A DNA stretch of 64,000 nucleotides from Macrostomum lignano (Eukaryota): positions 1 to 64,000 of the forward strand of contig NIVC01002775.1 of NCBI GenBank assembly GCA_002269645.1, given 5' to 3'. The position numbers and the translations under genes are program-made. Below the pieces are notes generated by a model. That model did no database searches, was not told the origin of the DNA, and worked only from the letters and a program-made list of their open reading frames with translations. Below, one piece after another: positions 1 through 13,421 of this stretch (within the stretch, counting starts at the first letter, position 1; each line of letters opens with the position of its first letter).

Positions 1-571
1 GAGATGTTCCACACCGGAGTGCGGCAGATGGCTGTAGGGAGTTCCAGCACTGCAGGTCGAGCCGGGACGCTACTGGCTCCTTTCCTGGCAGATATTGGTG
101 AGGGCTGAGTGAGACTTGCTGGGTCCTTCCTGCAGATATGGTGTAAGGTTTAAAGCATGCTGCTATGCTTTGAAACGTATGGTTTTGAGTGTTGAATGTC
201 CAAGAATCTCGCACCCTTCCGCAACCTCGCAGCGCAAGTTCATCGCCAGCTCCTTTGGCGCCGCCCTGCGCTGCTGATCTCCGGCTGCCTCGCCTTGCTG
301 GCCGGCCTGACATCGCTGCTGCTGCCGGAGACGCTGGGCATTGAGCTGCCTGAGACGCTGGAGGACTGCCGGAGGCTGGCGGCTTGGAGGAGGTGAGGCT
401 GCATTGCTTGATTACTCACTCACTACTCGTATTTATTCGCTCACTCATTAAAACTTTTAAAAAGTCATTTTTTCTCACAGTAGGGCCACCGTTGAGCCAC
501 AAGACGTCGGCAAGGAGATCAAAGAACAGCAGGCGGTCGACGAAAATGCAAATAGAGATTCGGCGGTCTAG
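1..571 (+). CDS. SLC22 organic cation/anion transporter, copy 1 (last three exons only; gene starts before the window)
   Basis: Exons 1-97, 233-392, 481-571 (TAG 569-571) with GT/AG ends. Encodes [13 protein letters not shown]...[15 protein letters not shown]. Near-identical to 5180-5784 including introns. Carries a +1/-1 indel pair relative to copy 2. Confidence 0.85.
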
Positions 572-1129
572 TTCATCGGCTTACAATAACACGATCCGGG
601 GAATTCGAGAGAAGATTTGTTGGAATGTTTCCGCCTTGAGCCATATTCCAAACGAATATATTCTTATCTTGCGCTGTTAAGGATAATGTGCGATGCGGTT
701 AAACAATATTTTAAACTGAAGCAACTGCTGTGTAAATATTTAGCTGTTCGATTTTTTATGTCGATTGAAACAGTGGCGCGATGAGTGGTCAGTTTAAAAA
801 ATACAATCTGCTGGCATAATTGAAATTGCCTTACCAATACGAACTATTATCAATACGAGCTACCAATACGGGCATCGTTAATGAAAATCCTCAATTCTGT
901 TGATGGCAAAGGCGTTGACGTTAAAATGAAGAAGTCTGAACTTTTTTTCAGAAAAACGGGAAAACGCCCCGGCACGGTGCCTCTTGAAATCTTTACTATG
1001 CTTACGCTGATTAACAGATAAGCTCTTGTTTACAGACTGTTGTCAAACACTGTTTAAAACGCTAGAGAATGAATTTTTGAATAGTCGTGATAATTCAGTA
1101 GGTGTTCGAGACCTTTTTAGAGTGTCACT

Positions 1130-2340
1130 TTATCGGGGTATGCCGTGACATTTGACAGATGATAGTGTCAGTGACCTGAAATTAACAGTGAAAACAACAT
1201 CACAGGGCTTGCCTGAGGGCTTGAGCGCGAAAACAGGCACAAATGGTGTTGCCTGCCAGCTGGAGCTGCCGTCTGCTTGGACGGACTGTTGCTGGCGCGT
1301 CGATGTTAGTGGTTCACTCGTTCCCATCTTAAAGGCGGTGCACAGCAGGACAGCGTTCGCCGTGTCAACTTGCTGCTCGAGCAAATCCATCAGCATCCAA
1401 GTCACACCCTTATAGAGCAGGACGGTTTCGACAACTACCTGGAACAACGCCGCCCACTGGAGGTCAGGTACATGTAGGGCTTTGACTGCAGGATCGCAAT
1501 CACAGAAGGAAAGGCAGCCCTGGCAAGCCCTCGGCGACGCCGCAAATCTTCCCGTGCTTCAGGAACCAGACCGCCGATGTATATCGTGGAAGTTTTGTCA
1601 GCGCCTTGGCACAAAATTGCAGCCTCGAAGTCGCGGCGGGAAGAGCACGACAGTCTTTTGACTGTTAAAAACCAGACCGACACTCGCCGCAACAGCACCA
1701 GCCTGTGCAGCTGTCGCTGGTCGCACTGGATGTTCGAGGACAGCAAGTTGAGATCTTCGGCGTAGCCAAGTACGCTGAGCTGCCTCTCCGGTTAACGTCG
1801 ACCCACGCGTCGCTGCAGCAGAAAGCAGTCGTCATTAGAAGGTGAGCAGTCCGCCGCCCCCCCCTCCCCAGTCAAGCACCAGAACGAACAGGGACGACTC
1901 TGGCGTATCTCCCTGAAGCGTCTCGGGGATGTCTTGAAGAAGTCCGATAGGCTGTTTGTTATTGACACAGCAGCTTTTGTGTCGAAGTATTTCGCCATTA
2001 TGGCGGAAATCAGCTGCTCTAGTGCGTTTTACGCGCGGAGCACGATTTTCAGCACGGCATTGACAACTGAGTCGAATGCCATATTGAAATCAACAAAGAT
2101 AGCAATCAGGATCGACTATCCGCTCCTTGTCGATGGCTCGGCAAACAGCCAGGTTCTGCGCCAATGTGCGGCGATGGGTCGATGTGCGGCGAACCCCTTT
2201 TGCTCAGGACGCAGGTACGGATCCAGCACGGGCTTCAACCGCGAGACAGCATCCGGTTGAACGGTTTCGCAGCGAAGGACTGAAGACAGATAGATGCCTT
2301 GATGCTCTTTAGCCTTGTGGTGCCCGGCTTCTTCGGAACC
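1130..2340 (-). mobile_element. Decayed non-LTR retrotransposon (RTE-like) reverse transcriptase
   Basis: Minus-strand RT motifs in order across frameshifts and stops: QKGF, IFVDFNMAFDSV, LQGDTPESSLFVLVLDW, VLGYAEDL (YADD decayed to YAED, in-frame TAA just upstream), LFQVVVETVLLY. Confidence 0.85.
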
Positions 2341-3009
2341 GAATTAAGACCCACATTACAATTGCATGACCCACCCAGCCACCATACAAGGATCAAACTT
2401 CGGAGAAAAGTTCGGAGTCTTTAAAAACACGGCTTCAGAAGTTCAAAATGTGATTAAATTTTCTGTTTAGCGATTAAAACAAAAAAATTCCCTAACGATC
2501 AGTATGCATAATTCACGAGCACTTGAGAAAAAAGGCTTAAAAAAGCTATTATGAGCATGTATACTAGTAAAAAAGGCAGAATGAAATTGGTTGCTACCAC
2601 GAATTCGGAATGATTAGTTTAGCTGTCAGATAGAAAGATAAGGGAAAAGATCGGTAACTGTGCCCCACCATTTCAATTTCATGTGTCAATGAATTTTTTT
2701 TAAACGATCAATAGCTGCATTGATAAGAGACCGCTTGAGCTGTCGAATTTCGATATACTTTCCTTTATGGAAATTTCCAAAAAATGCTCGACCTCTCAAT
2801 GAGGAGCTCTGAGCAGTGAAGTAAAAACTAGAGCCGCGTACATTTTACTTAGCAGAATTCCTTGGAGAATTCCGTTAAAGATATTATTGTCAATGTAATA
2901 AATAAAGCTGTTAGCATTGCAAATATGAACGCACTCGCTATTCTGTCGGGGCAGAACTCCTTGACACCTAAGCTGAATAGTACATTCTTGCATTCAACTG
3001 TCTTGAAAA

Positions 3010-5784
3010 ATGTCTCTGGACGATATTATCGAAAAGATTGGCTCCTTTGGTCGATTTCAGAAGATCCAATATCTGCTGGCCTGCTATGCCGCCGTCTGTT
3101 GCAGTGAGACTCGATTTTATTTATATATTTAGAGTGACCGATATTTTAAGGCATTGAAGTTAGTGAGAGGTTTAATAGTCTTGGTTTGAGGTGTTTAACT
3201 GAAGACGTAGTGTGTAGGGTGTACAGCATGTTTCAGGGTTTTTTATTTCAATTTTACATGTAGGTTTAGGTGCAAAGTAGCTCGGGGTTCAAGGCGTTTC
3301 AGCGTCTGCGATTTAGAGTGTTGCAGTTTTCAGTGAAATTGTTAGGAAACCGTGTTCAGGGTTTTGTGAGGTGGTTCGTAGATTGAATTTTGAGATATTT
3401 TTTGTTAATATTCACAAGGTTTTTCCACAATAATCCTGGTCTACATCCTCAACGTCCCCAAGCATCGCTGTCGGGTGCCTCGTCTCGGCCCAGCCGATCA
3501 CTGGGGCATCAACTCGAGTCTGATTGAAGCGGACGTCCCGCTAAAGAGACCCGGATGTGCATTTCCTGGCGCAGCGGACTGCTTCGAGGCGTGCAGTCTG
3601 AACGGTGGCAACAGCACCAACTCAACGACCGGCTGCTTAGCAGGATTCGTGTTCGACAAGTCCGAGTTTATTGACACGTTTCCGTCTGAGGTGAGCACGG
3701 AATGTTACTGAACATAGAACGGAGAGAGATGGGTGACCGGGCATTCATTCTTCAGGAAAATTAGTCAAAATATTTTACCTTTATTACTAGCTGAACTACG
3801 TATGCGACTCGGGCAAGGAGGTTCTGGTCACCACTCTGGTTCAGAGTCAGCTTATTGGCGTCCTGATTGGAGCCTGGATGTCCGGGATTCTGTCGGATCG
3901 GTCAGTAAAGTGAACTATCTACCTGTCTGTGTTAGTTTCACCTTGTTTAAAAGATACATTGCAATCTGAACAGGTTTGGTAGAAAACCTGTGCTAATTGG
4001 ATCCATGCTGATCATGGGCCTGTCGGGTCTGGCGTCCAGCGTTTCCTCGGATCCGTATTCGTTTTGGGTGCTTCGGTTTCTAGTTGGAGTTGGCTGTTCC
4101 AGCACTTTCACCACCAGTTTCGTCGTGGGTAAGTAAATACCGAATGTTTTGCATTAGATGAAGAAAATTGAATGGGCATTAAGTCTTAGCCTGCTCTATC
4201 CGCTTAAAGGTGTTGAGTTCATCGGTCCCCAGGCTCGAATCCACGCTGGTATTGTTATTGAATACGCGTACGCTTTCGGCTTGATACTCCTGGTCGGCAT
4301 TGCTTACCTGCTGCGCTACTGGCGTTGGCTAAACATTGCAGTCAGCGCTTTATCGCTCTTCTCCATTCTTCTTATTTGGTAAGAGGTCTAGACCGACAGG
4401 GAAGAGCCAAAGACGGGAAGTGACGTGGAACCGTTGAATGAGTCTTATTAATCCAGTCCGTCAATCCTTTCGCAGGCTACTGGTCGAGTCGCCGCGCTGG
4501 CTGATCTCAAGAGGCCGGTTGGCTGAGGCCGAGGCTTTGATCAGAAAGGCGGCCAAAGTCAACGGCGTCGAGCTGCCCACGGATCTGGAGCTGAGGCCGC
4601 CAAGCGAGAATGTCTCCAAGACGCCAGACAGCGAGTCCGCTGACGACAGCGACCGCTCGTCACCAACTTCGTCCGCTGCGGACAGCTCCGAGCAGACGAG
4701 CTTCCTTCGAGTTTTCACCAATAGGCAGACAGCACTGATGACTATGAACATGTTCCTGCAGTGGTGAGCAGCTTGATCATGAGATTCCTTGGTCTCAGTT
4801 CTAAGAACAATAAGTTTATGTCCTTCCCTGTACAAGCGTATTGTAACCGCCTGTCATAGGTGGGTGATCGCTCTAGTGTACTATGGCCTTAGTCTGAGCT
4901 CCGGAAACCTACCTGGCGACATCTACCTGACTTCGTTTCTCAACGCCTTGGCTGAGCTGATCGGCTACGTAGTGCCGCACGCTCTGGCGGGTCGCCTTGG
5001 TCGACGAGTCACTCACGCGGGCAGCATGTTCCTCGCTGCCGCAGCCCTGTGCAGCACCATCTTCGTGGAGCTGTTCGGACCAGCCGACGGCGGCTTGGAC
5101 TGGCTGCTGGTGACGCTCGCGATGCTGGGGAAAATCGGAATCACATCCGCGTTCGGCGTTGTGTTTCTTTGGACTGCAGAGATGTTCCACACCGGAGTGC
5201 GACAGATGGCTGTGGGGTGTTCCAGCACTGCGGGCCGAGTTGGGACACTTCTGGCTCCTTTCCTGGCAGATATGGTGAGGCCTGAGTGAGACTTGCTGAG
5301 TCCCTTCCTGGCAGATATGGTAAGGCCTGAGTAAGACCTGCTAGGTCTCCGGTCCAAGGTTTAAAGGCTGCAGTCATGCTTTGAAACGCATAGTTCTGAG
5401 TTCCGAATGCCTAAGAATCTGAAACCTTCGAACACACCCACAACCCCGCAGCGCAAGTTCATCGCCAGCTCCTTTGGCGCCGCCCTGCCGCTGCTGATCT
5501 CCGGCTGCCTCGCCTTGCTGGCCGGCCTGACATCGCTGCTGCTGCCGGAGACGCTGGGCATTGAGCTGCCTGAGACGCTGGAGGACTGCCGGAGGCTGGC
5601 GGCTTGGAGGAGGTGAGGCTGCAGCGCTCGCTTACTCACTCACTACTCACTCGCTTACTCACTCGCATCCTCGAAAATCCCTTGTTCTCACAGTAGGGCC
5701 ACCGTTGAGCCACAAGACGTCGGCAAGGAGATCAAAGAGCAGCAGGCGGTCGACGAAAATGCAAATGGAGATTCTGCGTTTTAG
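3010..5784 (+). CDS. SLC22 organic cation/anion transporter (MFS), copy 2, about 584 aa
   Basis: Nine phase-consistent exons: 3010-3103, 3419-3690, 3791-3900, 3974-4128, 4210-4378, 4476-4763, 4860-5274, 5452-5612, 5694-5784 (1755 nt). Motifs [51 protein letters not shown]. Confidence 0.93.
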
Positions 5785-6479
5785 TGTAATATCTGCTAAT
5801 AAATCAGAACCAACTCAGAAATATTTTCTAAATGCGTTAAATTAAAGCCAATACTGTATTGTAATATTTATTTTTGACTAAGGAGCCAATGATTGTGCTC
5901 CGGGTAATCGAGGAGGCCAATCAAGGAAACACATCTTGTGTCAGTAAATTGAAGCCAAAACAACTGCTTTGTAAATTATGCGTTGTGTTTTGTTCTGATT
6001 GAAACCGTATCGCTAGCGCTTTTAGAGTTTGAGTAAGTCAAAGTATTTTATTTTGAATTGATTTCTACTTTTTTCCATGCGTAGAGGGCTTTCAGTGGCG
6101 TGATTTGGACGATTGCAAGACATGTTACAGAGACAGAGGTTCTGACTGTAACTTTTGTTTAAGTGACTGCGATGGCGACAGTAAACAGTGACAGTGAAAG
6201 TGGCGGCGTTGACAGCAGTAGAAACAGTGACTGACTGTGACGGCAATCGAAGAAATTACGTACGTCGTAGTGAGTGTGAATAAGATTTGTCAATATCGGT
6301 AGCAGTGACAGTGGCTCTGACACGGAGAGTGACAATATACTGAGCTCCGGAAGGGACAGCAAACGGGCGATTGAGCAGTAGAGGTAACAGTATCAGGGAC
6401 AGGGGCAGTGGAGGCAATAGTGATATTGACATTGGTAAGTTACAGACGGGAACTGCGATTTAAAAAATGCTGTGATTTT

Positions 6480-7030
6480 GTGAAGAAGTTACCTTACGGA
6501 TCCTCCGTCTAATGTTCATTTCTTTTGAGGCAAAAGTGCAAAACCAATCTCTTGTGGTGAGCTCAAACGCGTTCGAACGTGATGAAAACACTAATGATTA
6601 TCGTAGATGAGGATTAGCTTGCTCTGGAATGCATACCTTTTTACACCTGACGCAACCAATAAACGAAGATCGTCTCCACGCCGATTTGATATTTCATGTA
6701 GGAACAGCCACACAACAGTGCTTTCAATGATGCCTTCCAGATCATGATGCTACCGCCTCTTTGTTATGACGCACTCAGTCAGGAAATGGCTCTAGGAGCC
6801 ATCCAGCGTGGCGCGAGTCTCGTCTGTGAACAGGATCACCTTGATCGAAGTTCATCTTGAGGGCTTTGCACGTTGCAGACGCCTGTCACGATTGCTTTTT
6901 TGGTCAGCAGCGGCATTGCGACAGCTGTATGATGCACTTTACCAAAAGAGGGGGCCCTAGCAACCTCTGACGCCGTGATACCAGCTTGAACTTTTGTTGG
7001 TGACGACACTTCTTGCTTTTTTCATACTGG
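6480..7030 (-). mobile_element. Decayed Tc1/mariner-family transposase relic
   Basis: Minus-strand fragments PLLTKK, KVILFTDETRATLDG (then stop), GGSIMIW and KLILIYDN, matching Tc1-like FTDE..., GGG.VM.W and F.HDNA motifs. No TIRs identified. Confidence 0.7.
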
Positions 7031-7585
7031 CTGATGATTGTTGGTATCAATTTGCATCAATTCAATTCCAAAATATTAGCCTTAGTCAATTCCAAGAAAC
7101 AGCGCGTAAAGCTAATACTTGCATAAAAACTTAACAGGCACAGTATTAGGACTCCCAGCTGTATGTCAAAATTTGAGATCTCACTGAAAATAAGTTTGAC
7201 TTCTAAATTAAACTGTGCATGTTACATGTGACACCAGTGGCTAGGGGCAGTCCTGGTATATCAACGTCCACGTTTAAAGTTAAACTGAAGCAGAACAGAG
7301 CAGAGGACTTGATGTCTCTTAGTGCACTTTGAGGCCTTTTCCAAAAAAAGATTAGACTATTTTTGGAATGCGAGTTCGGAGCTCGAGCAGGCTAAATTCG
7401 TGACCTTTGGACCACCACTGGGAGACTCAGGCGCAAATTGTTAAGATAGCAATAAACTCTTAGAGAAGTCACATAAAGACAGTACTCGTATTATCCAAAG
7501 AAAGCGTGCGGGAGGCTTTAATTAACCTGAAAAAGACACTGAGAGAAAAAAGAATAAATTTTCGAGTTCAAATTTACCCGATGCA

Positions 7586-10500
7586 ATGAAGTTTGAAGAG
7601 ATTGTTACCTTGTTAGGTGATTTTGGACTTTACCAGAGATTAATGTACATAATTCCTTGCTACGCCGCTATCTGCACTGGTAAGTTCTGATTGTTAAAGA
7701 GCAGTCTATTGTTTAAATTGCTATAGTTTTATGCATGAGACTCCAAATCAAACCATGCGATTGCGCATTCTGTGTCGCTATTCTTCTTCTGAACAGAATT
7801 TAGCCTAGAACTAGCAATCAGCGCCCCCCGTTGGGGAGCCAAAAAATGCAGTACAAGTTTTTTATTAAACTACATGTAAGCGTCTCTTTGCATTATACTT
7901 TGTAAGCCTTGACATCTCAGAAAATCCCCCCACAAGCCTTAGCATATCAACCCCCTTGACATCTTAGCAATGCCCCATAAGCCTTGAAATCTTAAAAAAT
8001 CTGTCAACCTTCTAACCCTAACCCTAGCCTAACCCTAGCCCTAACCCTAGCCCTAACCCTAACCCTAACCCTAACCCTAAAGCATTGAAATTTCAGTAAT
8101 TCTTTCCAACAGTCATTATAGCACTACAGCATTATAGCGATTCCCTGCAAGCCTCGACATCGTAGGGATTCCCAAATGAATCTCTTAACTTCGACATGAA
8201 GCTTCTTTTATTTTTTACATTACGCTTTTTTTATCAGCGATCCCTCCCATGAGGAGCCAACAAATAACGAAAAAAAGTTTTCAATAAACTACATGTAGCT
8301 TCTGACTTTAGCCTTGACATCTCATTTATTCCCCCATGAGCCTTGACATCTCATTTATTCTAACCCTAAATCTGAATCGAAGGTGTAGGACCATCTGAAC
8401 TGAAGGTGTAGGACCATCTGAACTGAAGGTTTAGGACCATCTGAACTGAAGGTGCAAACCATCTGAACTGAAGGTGCAAACCATCTGAACTGAAGGTGCA
8501 AACCATCTGAACTGAAGGTGCAAACCATCTGAACTGAAGGTGTAGGACCATTTGAACTGAAGGTGCAAACCATCCTATATACTAAAATCTGAACTGAAGG
8601 TGTAGGACCATCTGAACCGAATGTGTAGGGCCATCTGAATTTTCGAAGATATATGACCACTTGTGTCTGAATCGAATGTAGTCCGAATAAATCATTATTT
8701 GAGCGTACAAATTCAATATCTCATTTGCAATAAAATGTTTATAGTTATACGCTTTACAAAGGCATCTGGGCATATAAATTCAAATGTAAATGGAAATAAA
8801 AATCGATCTTTAGCAATGAGTTACGTAAGCTCTTGCCCTCTTCATTTGCTGCAGTCTTTTGATCAACGATTAAATTTTGCGCAGCTTTCAACGGAATCCA
8901 GCTGATATACACTCTGTACGTACCCGATCACCGTTGTCGGATACCTGAACTTGGTGCCAACGACTCCTGGGGCATCGATGCAAGCATAGTGCGCCAGTTT
9001 GTTCCAACCAGACCCTGCGCCGGTGCCGAAGAAGGCGACTGCTTTGATCGGTGCCGCTTGTTTGCAGCCAATTCTACCAACGAGACTGTGACGTGCAGCG
9101 ATGGCTGGGTCTACGACACTTCCGATATGATGAGCACGTTTGCTACAGAAGTGAGTTTCTCCGCAATAGAACTGAATCCAGCAATAGAAAGCTTGGGCCT
9201 AAAAAAATCACTTTTTTCAGAACAACTTCGTCTGCAGTCGTGAGCGTCAATTCCTACTGACAACAGTATCGCAGAGCTACTTCTATGGACTATTGGTTGG
9301 CTCACTTGTCACCGGCTTCATATCGGACAAGTGAGCCAGTGATCTGCGAGTGCACATATCTAAGTGTCTTACAGACATTTTCAAAGATGTTTTTTGATTT
9401 GTTTCTTTCTTCACCCTTCCCTCATCGACTGTTTATCAAAACAACACCTTCATAAATTTTTTAAGTAGTTCCATAAGTAACAAAAGAAAGTGCTGTAACA
9501 GCTACATGTAGAGTGTTCATTGAGATATCGTCTTGAGACATCATCACCCATCAGTGAAGCTTAAGGTTCTGTATACGTTTTTTCATGTTTGACCGCGCCC
9601 GACATCATTAGAGGATGTTTTTGACGTACCAATAAGAAACTGTTCAATTTTGTGTTTTTTCTCTTTTTTGTCCAAAAAAATCCAGATTTGGCCGCAGGAC
9701 AACGCTATTCATCTACCTGGCAATCCAAGGATTAAGCAATCTTATCTCCGGCCTAGTTAGCGGCGTTGTCGAGTTCTGGATCAGCCGCTTCGTTAGCGGA
9801 ATGGCTTCCACCGGCGTTTTCCCTACCGCGTTTGTCATTGGTTAGTGAGATCCTTGCGCTTAAATTTGCACCATATTTGTTTAACATTAGCATTCGTTTG
9901 TTCATTTTTATTCATTCTCGTTAACTGTTTTCTACGAAATTTCAGGCATTGAGTTCGTTGGTCCTTCAATGCGCCTTCACTCGGGATTCATTATTGAGTA
10001 CACCTTCACCTTAGGGCTGCTGGTCACCGCACTGCTGGCCTTTCTGCTTCAAAACTGGCGATGGATTTCCATAGCGTCTGCATGCATCTCGTTTGCTTCT
10101 CTGCCAGCGGCCTTGTAAGAAGCTCCCCTATCTTATCTCGCATTACCGAATATTCTAATGGTCTACCAATGCAAGGTATTCGTCAATCATGCATACACGC
10201 AGTTTTAGCTGCAACTAAAGCTGTTTAAAAACCAAGGAACCCAGAGCTGTAACTTTCTTAGAACTCTGAGCTGTAGCTTTCTAAGAAATCCAATCTGAAG
10301 CGAACTGACTTACTCACCGTGTTAAACTATAATCCTCCGATGACTCGTTTTCAGTTTTCTACCCGAGTCGCCCCGTTGGCTGCTTGCTCTGGGCCGTCAT
10401 TCAGAAGCGGAGCTGGTGATCAGAAAAGCCGCCAAAGTTAACGGAGTCCAACTGCCAGACGAGCTCAAGTTAAAACTATCCGATTCTGATCAATCAAGCG

Positions 10501-11860
10501 ACAGTCCAGGCAGCAGCAAAGAAAATTGTCTGTCTGTATTTCGATATAGACGGCTTGTCTGCCTGTTTGCCAACGTCATCTTTCAATGGTGAGGGTTGAT
10601 TGAATCCTCCTTACCGTTTGAGGTTCTAGCAATGTGGGTTCTGTCTGATGTTTGCACTGTAATGCAGGGCTCGGAAAACTCCGGCTCTCTCTATCCGGCC
10701 TCGGGTCCTTTGGAACTCATTTGGAACTGATCTCATCTCTCATCTTTTATCCTGTCTACTTTCCACTCTCATTTCCTATCCAGCAGCCATGAGCAGGATT
10801 TTCTATCTGGCCCTTGAGGTAAAAAGTTTGCCGATCCCCCGCTGTACCGCATACTTTTGCTACCACGAAATCAATTCTGTCTCCAAACAAAGGCTCGTGG
10901 TGGCCCTGGTGTACCAAGGCCTCAGCCTGGGCGCCGGGTCTCTGCCCGGGAGCATCTTTCTTACGTCATCGTTGAACGCCGTCTCCGAAGGCTGCGGCTA
11001 CTTCATGGCGCACCTGTTGTTGAGGTGGCGCGGACGCAAGGCGCCTCACATATTCAGCATGTGCCTCTGCGGCCTGGTACTCATCGCATGCATCTTCCCG
11101 ACTGTTCTCGGCTCCGATGGCCTCGGCGGCCTGCTGCTGACTCTGGCACTGCTTGGCAAGGTGGGCGTCTCGGCTTCGTTTGGTATTATCTACCTGTGGA
11201 CAGCGGAACAGGTGCCCACCAGTATGAGGCAAATCGTGCTGGGAGTGGCCGCTCTGGCGTCCAGGGTTGGGTCCGCCCTGGGACCGCTGATTGTCAACCT
11301 GGTGAGTAAGGAGCATTACATACATTCTCTTGATTGCCTACCCTTCACTCTTCTCCTAAACCCTACCCGCAGAGCGACTTTGTCGAAACCTCGCTAGGCA
11401 ACGCGCTGCCGCTTGTCCTATACGGAGTGTGCTCGTTGGCCGCCGGTCTAGCGGCCTCCCAGATGCCAGAGACCGCGGGCAGAACTCTGCCGGAGACGCT
11501 GCGCGAGGGCGACGAGTTGATGAAGCTGCAAGGGTGAGTGAGTGAGCAGGATAATTAGAGAAATCAAGAAATCGGTTCCTAGATAGCTTTTGTCTGATTT
11601 TATGAAATACATGTAAGAGCCAAAATATAACTACTGATCGAGAGATACTCGTTTTTGTTCATGCAATTTAGGTTATTAGTGCAAATATCGAGACGTATAA
11701 GGTGCTGGGTAGATGCACAATTTCTAACATGTATTATAGGTAAAAAAAAACTGATGGACGATTTCTCCGTGATTTTTACAGGTCCTCGTGCTGTCGTAGT
11801 AGCAGCGGTTCGGCTGTGTCACCCAGCTTTCACATCGAGGCTGCTGGAAGTCAAGGATGA
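7586..11860 (+). CDS. SLC22 organic cation/anion transporter (MFS), copy 3, about 558 aa
   Basis: Exons 7586-7679, 8885-9150, 9221-9330, 9686-9840, 9946-10114, 10355-10588, 10893-11301, 11373-11533, 11782-11860 (1677 nt). Same phases as copy 2 and five identical exon lengths (94, 110, 155, 169, 161). Motifs [40 protein letters not shown]. Last exon least certain. Confidence 0.92.
7810..8000 (-). mobile_element. Helitron-like non-autonomous element 3' end (dispersed family)
   Basis: ACTAGCAATCAGCGCCCCCCGTTGGGG at 7810 is the reverse complement of a hairpin + GATTGCTAG-T terminus. Adjacent sequence (AAACTACATGTA, CTTGACATCTCAG) is shared with 46125-46320. A degenerate second copy lies at about 8225-8360. 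Confidence 0.5.
8012..8080 (-). repeat. Interstitial telomere-like (TTAGGG)n tract
   Basis: About 11 CCCTAA/CCCTAG units in SLC22 copy 3 intron 1. Confidence 0.85.
8385..8640. repeat. 22-23 bp minisatellite (CCATCTGAACTGAAGGTGYARR)
   Basis: About 10 tandem units in SLC22 copy 3 intron 1. Confidence 0.9.
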
Positions 11861-12604
11861 TGATGCCGCTGATGCTGAAGACCAGCAGCTAACCACCCTG
11901 CGCAGCGATAAATGATGATGCAATTTTTCTTCAACAGTTTGACATCGCGAGTCGATTAATTGTATAAATACATTTATTTGAAATTGTCAAGCATTCACTG
12001 AACTGTAGAGCTGACTATACTACTGCAGAACGACTTCCAATTCTTGACGAGATGCAGAAATCCACCAACATTTTAGCCCTGTTAACAGTAAAGTCTATTA
12101 ATACCAGTACTGTATGTGAACAAGTTACATGTACTTAGAACTCAAGAGCTGAACTACTAAAGTTGTCCATATGATCCGAGAAGGCAAGATCGACCTAGAA
12201 TAAATCGCGGCAGTGAATTTATGAATCGTATGTGCAAAGTATATAGTACATCATCCATGCAGTCAATCAGTGGCGTAGCCAGGAATTTCAATTGGGGGGG
12301 GGGGGCGGGTTGGCCTGGCTGGCCATGCCTCATGCCATTGCCATTGCCACTTTGCGCATTTACCAGCGCCACGCGGCATGCCTTCCCATAGTGATGCCAC
12401 ACCATAGTGCATGATGGCCAATGGCCCAATCCCATTGTTATGTTCAATGTGCGTAATCGTATTGTAATGGTATTACATTGAATTGCATCATGGTTCCTTG
12501 TTCTCTCCTGTTTTTTATCATTTCCTTTCTAGAATTGTTATTCTATTTAAATACCCGCCGCGCCCAACCCCACCCCGGGGCCCCCGGCCCCCCTGTCGGT
12601 TTAC

Positions 12605-12720
12605 CCCCGATTCGCCGAATCCCGATTTGCCGATTCCCAGCTCGCCGAATCCTGATTCGCCGATTCCTGGTTCGCCGAAATTCCCGAGTCGCCTATTCCC
12701 GATTTGCCGAAATTCACTAT
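12605..12720. repeat. About 15 bp degenerate tandem repeat (CCGATTCGCCGAATC-like)
   Basis: Repeated GATTCGCCGA/GATTTGCCGA units. Confidence 0.7.
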
Positions 12721-13421
12721 TCGGTCAATTCGTACTACGTCGAATCTCTGGTAATGCCTGTGGCCTGTGCTAGCTAATAGATAAGCCATTCTTTGTTCGA
12801 ACCTTGTGTATAATTTGCTTGTTTCATTCACTCTACTATTTCTTGGTGACTTACTATTAGTACTAATACTCAAGAAATAATTCTAATAATTTTATATTCT
12901 ATCTTGATGTAGCAATCGTGAAAAAAATAAAAAATCAGATTTTCGAGTTTTCATGAATGGAAACTAATGAGTCGAAAGTATCAATTGACTGAATGTAACT
13001 GACAACCAGATTATACGAGTACTATGTGATCAATCACAACGAAACTCTTAGCGGTAGTGCTGTTCCTACATGTAGAGCTATTAGTTTTTTAAGTGAACTT
13101 ATCGCATTCTCTAAACTTTTTATAAATCAAAGTATGAAATGCGGTTCAGTATTTAATTGGCTTCTAGTACTATAAATAAGTAACGTTTTGTTAACTTTTA
13201 TGCGCATTTTAAATGAGGGCAGCCCCGGTTCGGTCAGCCAGGCGTGCGCACGTGCGCGCATTTTTTGTTGCGGGGGTGACACGACGTGTTCCCGGTTATC
13301 AAACAAAGTTGGACTTCATAGATAATAAAACTGACGTATCAGTTCTGAAAAGAAGACGTTGATTTTTACGTTTAATTTCGTTCAGGCTTTAATTAATAAG
13401 GTTTGCTTGGAGATTGCGACC

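Noticed and set aside
6022-6450. Short ORFs over ACAGTG-rich sequence
   Set aside because: Low-complexity degenerate hexamer tract with no recognisable motifs.
12268-12420. CAGTGGCGTAGCCAGG start resembling a MITE/hAT terminus
   Set aside because: No matching inverted end or TSD found, so no element can be delimited.
13246-13257. Palindrome GCGCACGTGCGC (E-box/NRF1-like) about 170 bp upstream of WDHD1
   Set aside because: Plausible promoter element but a single short motif with no TSS evidence.
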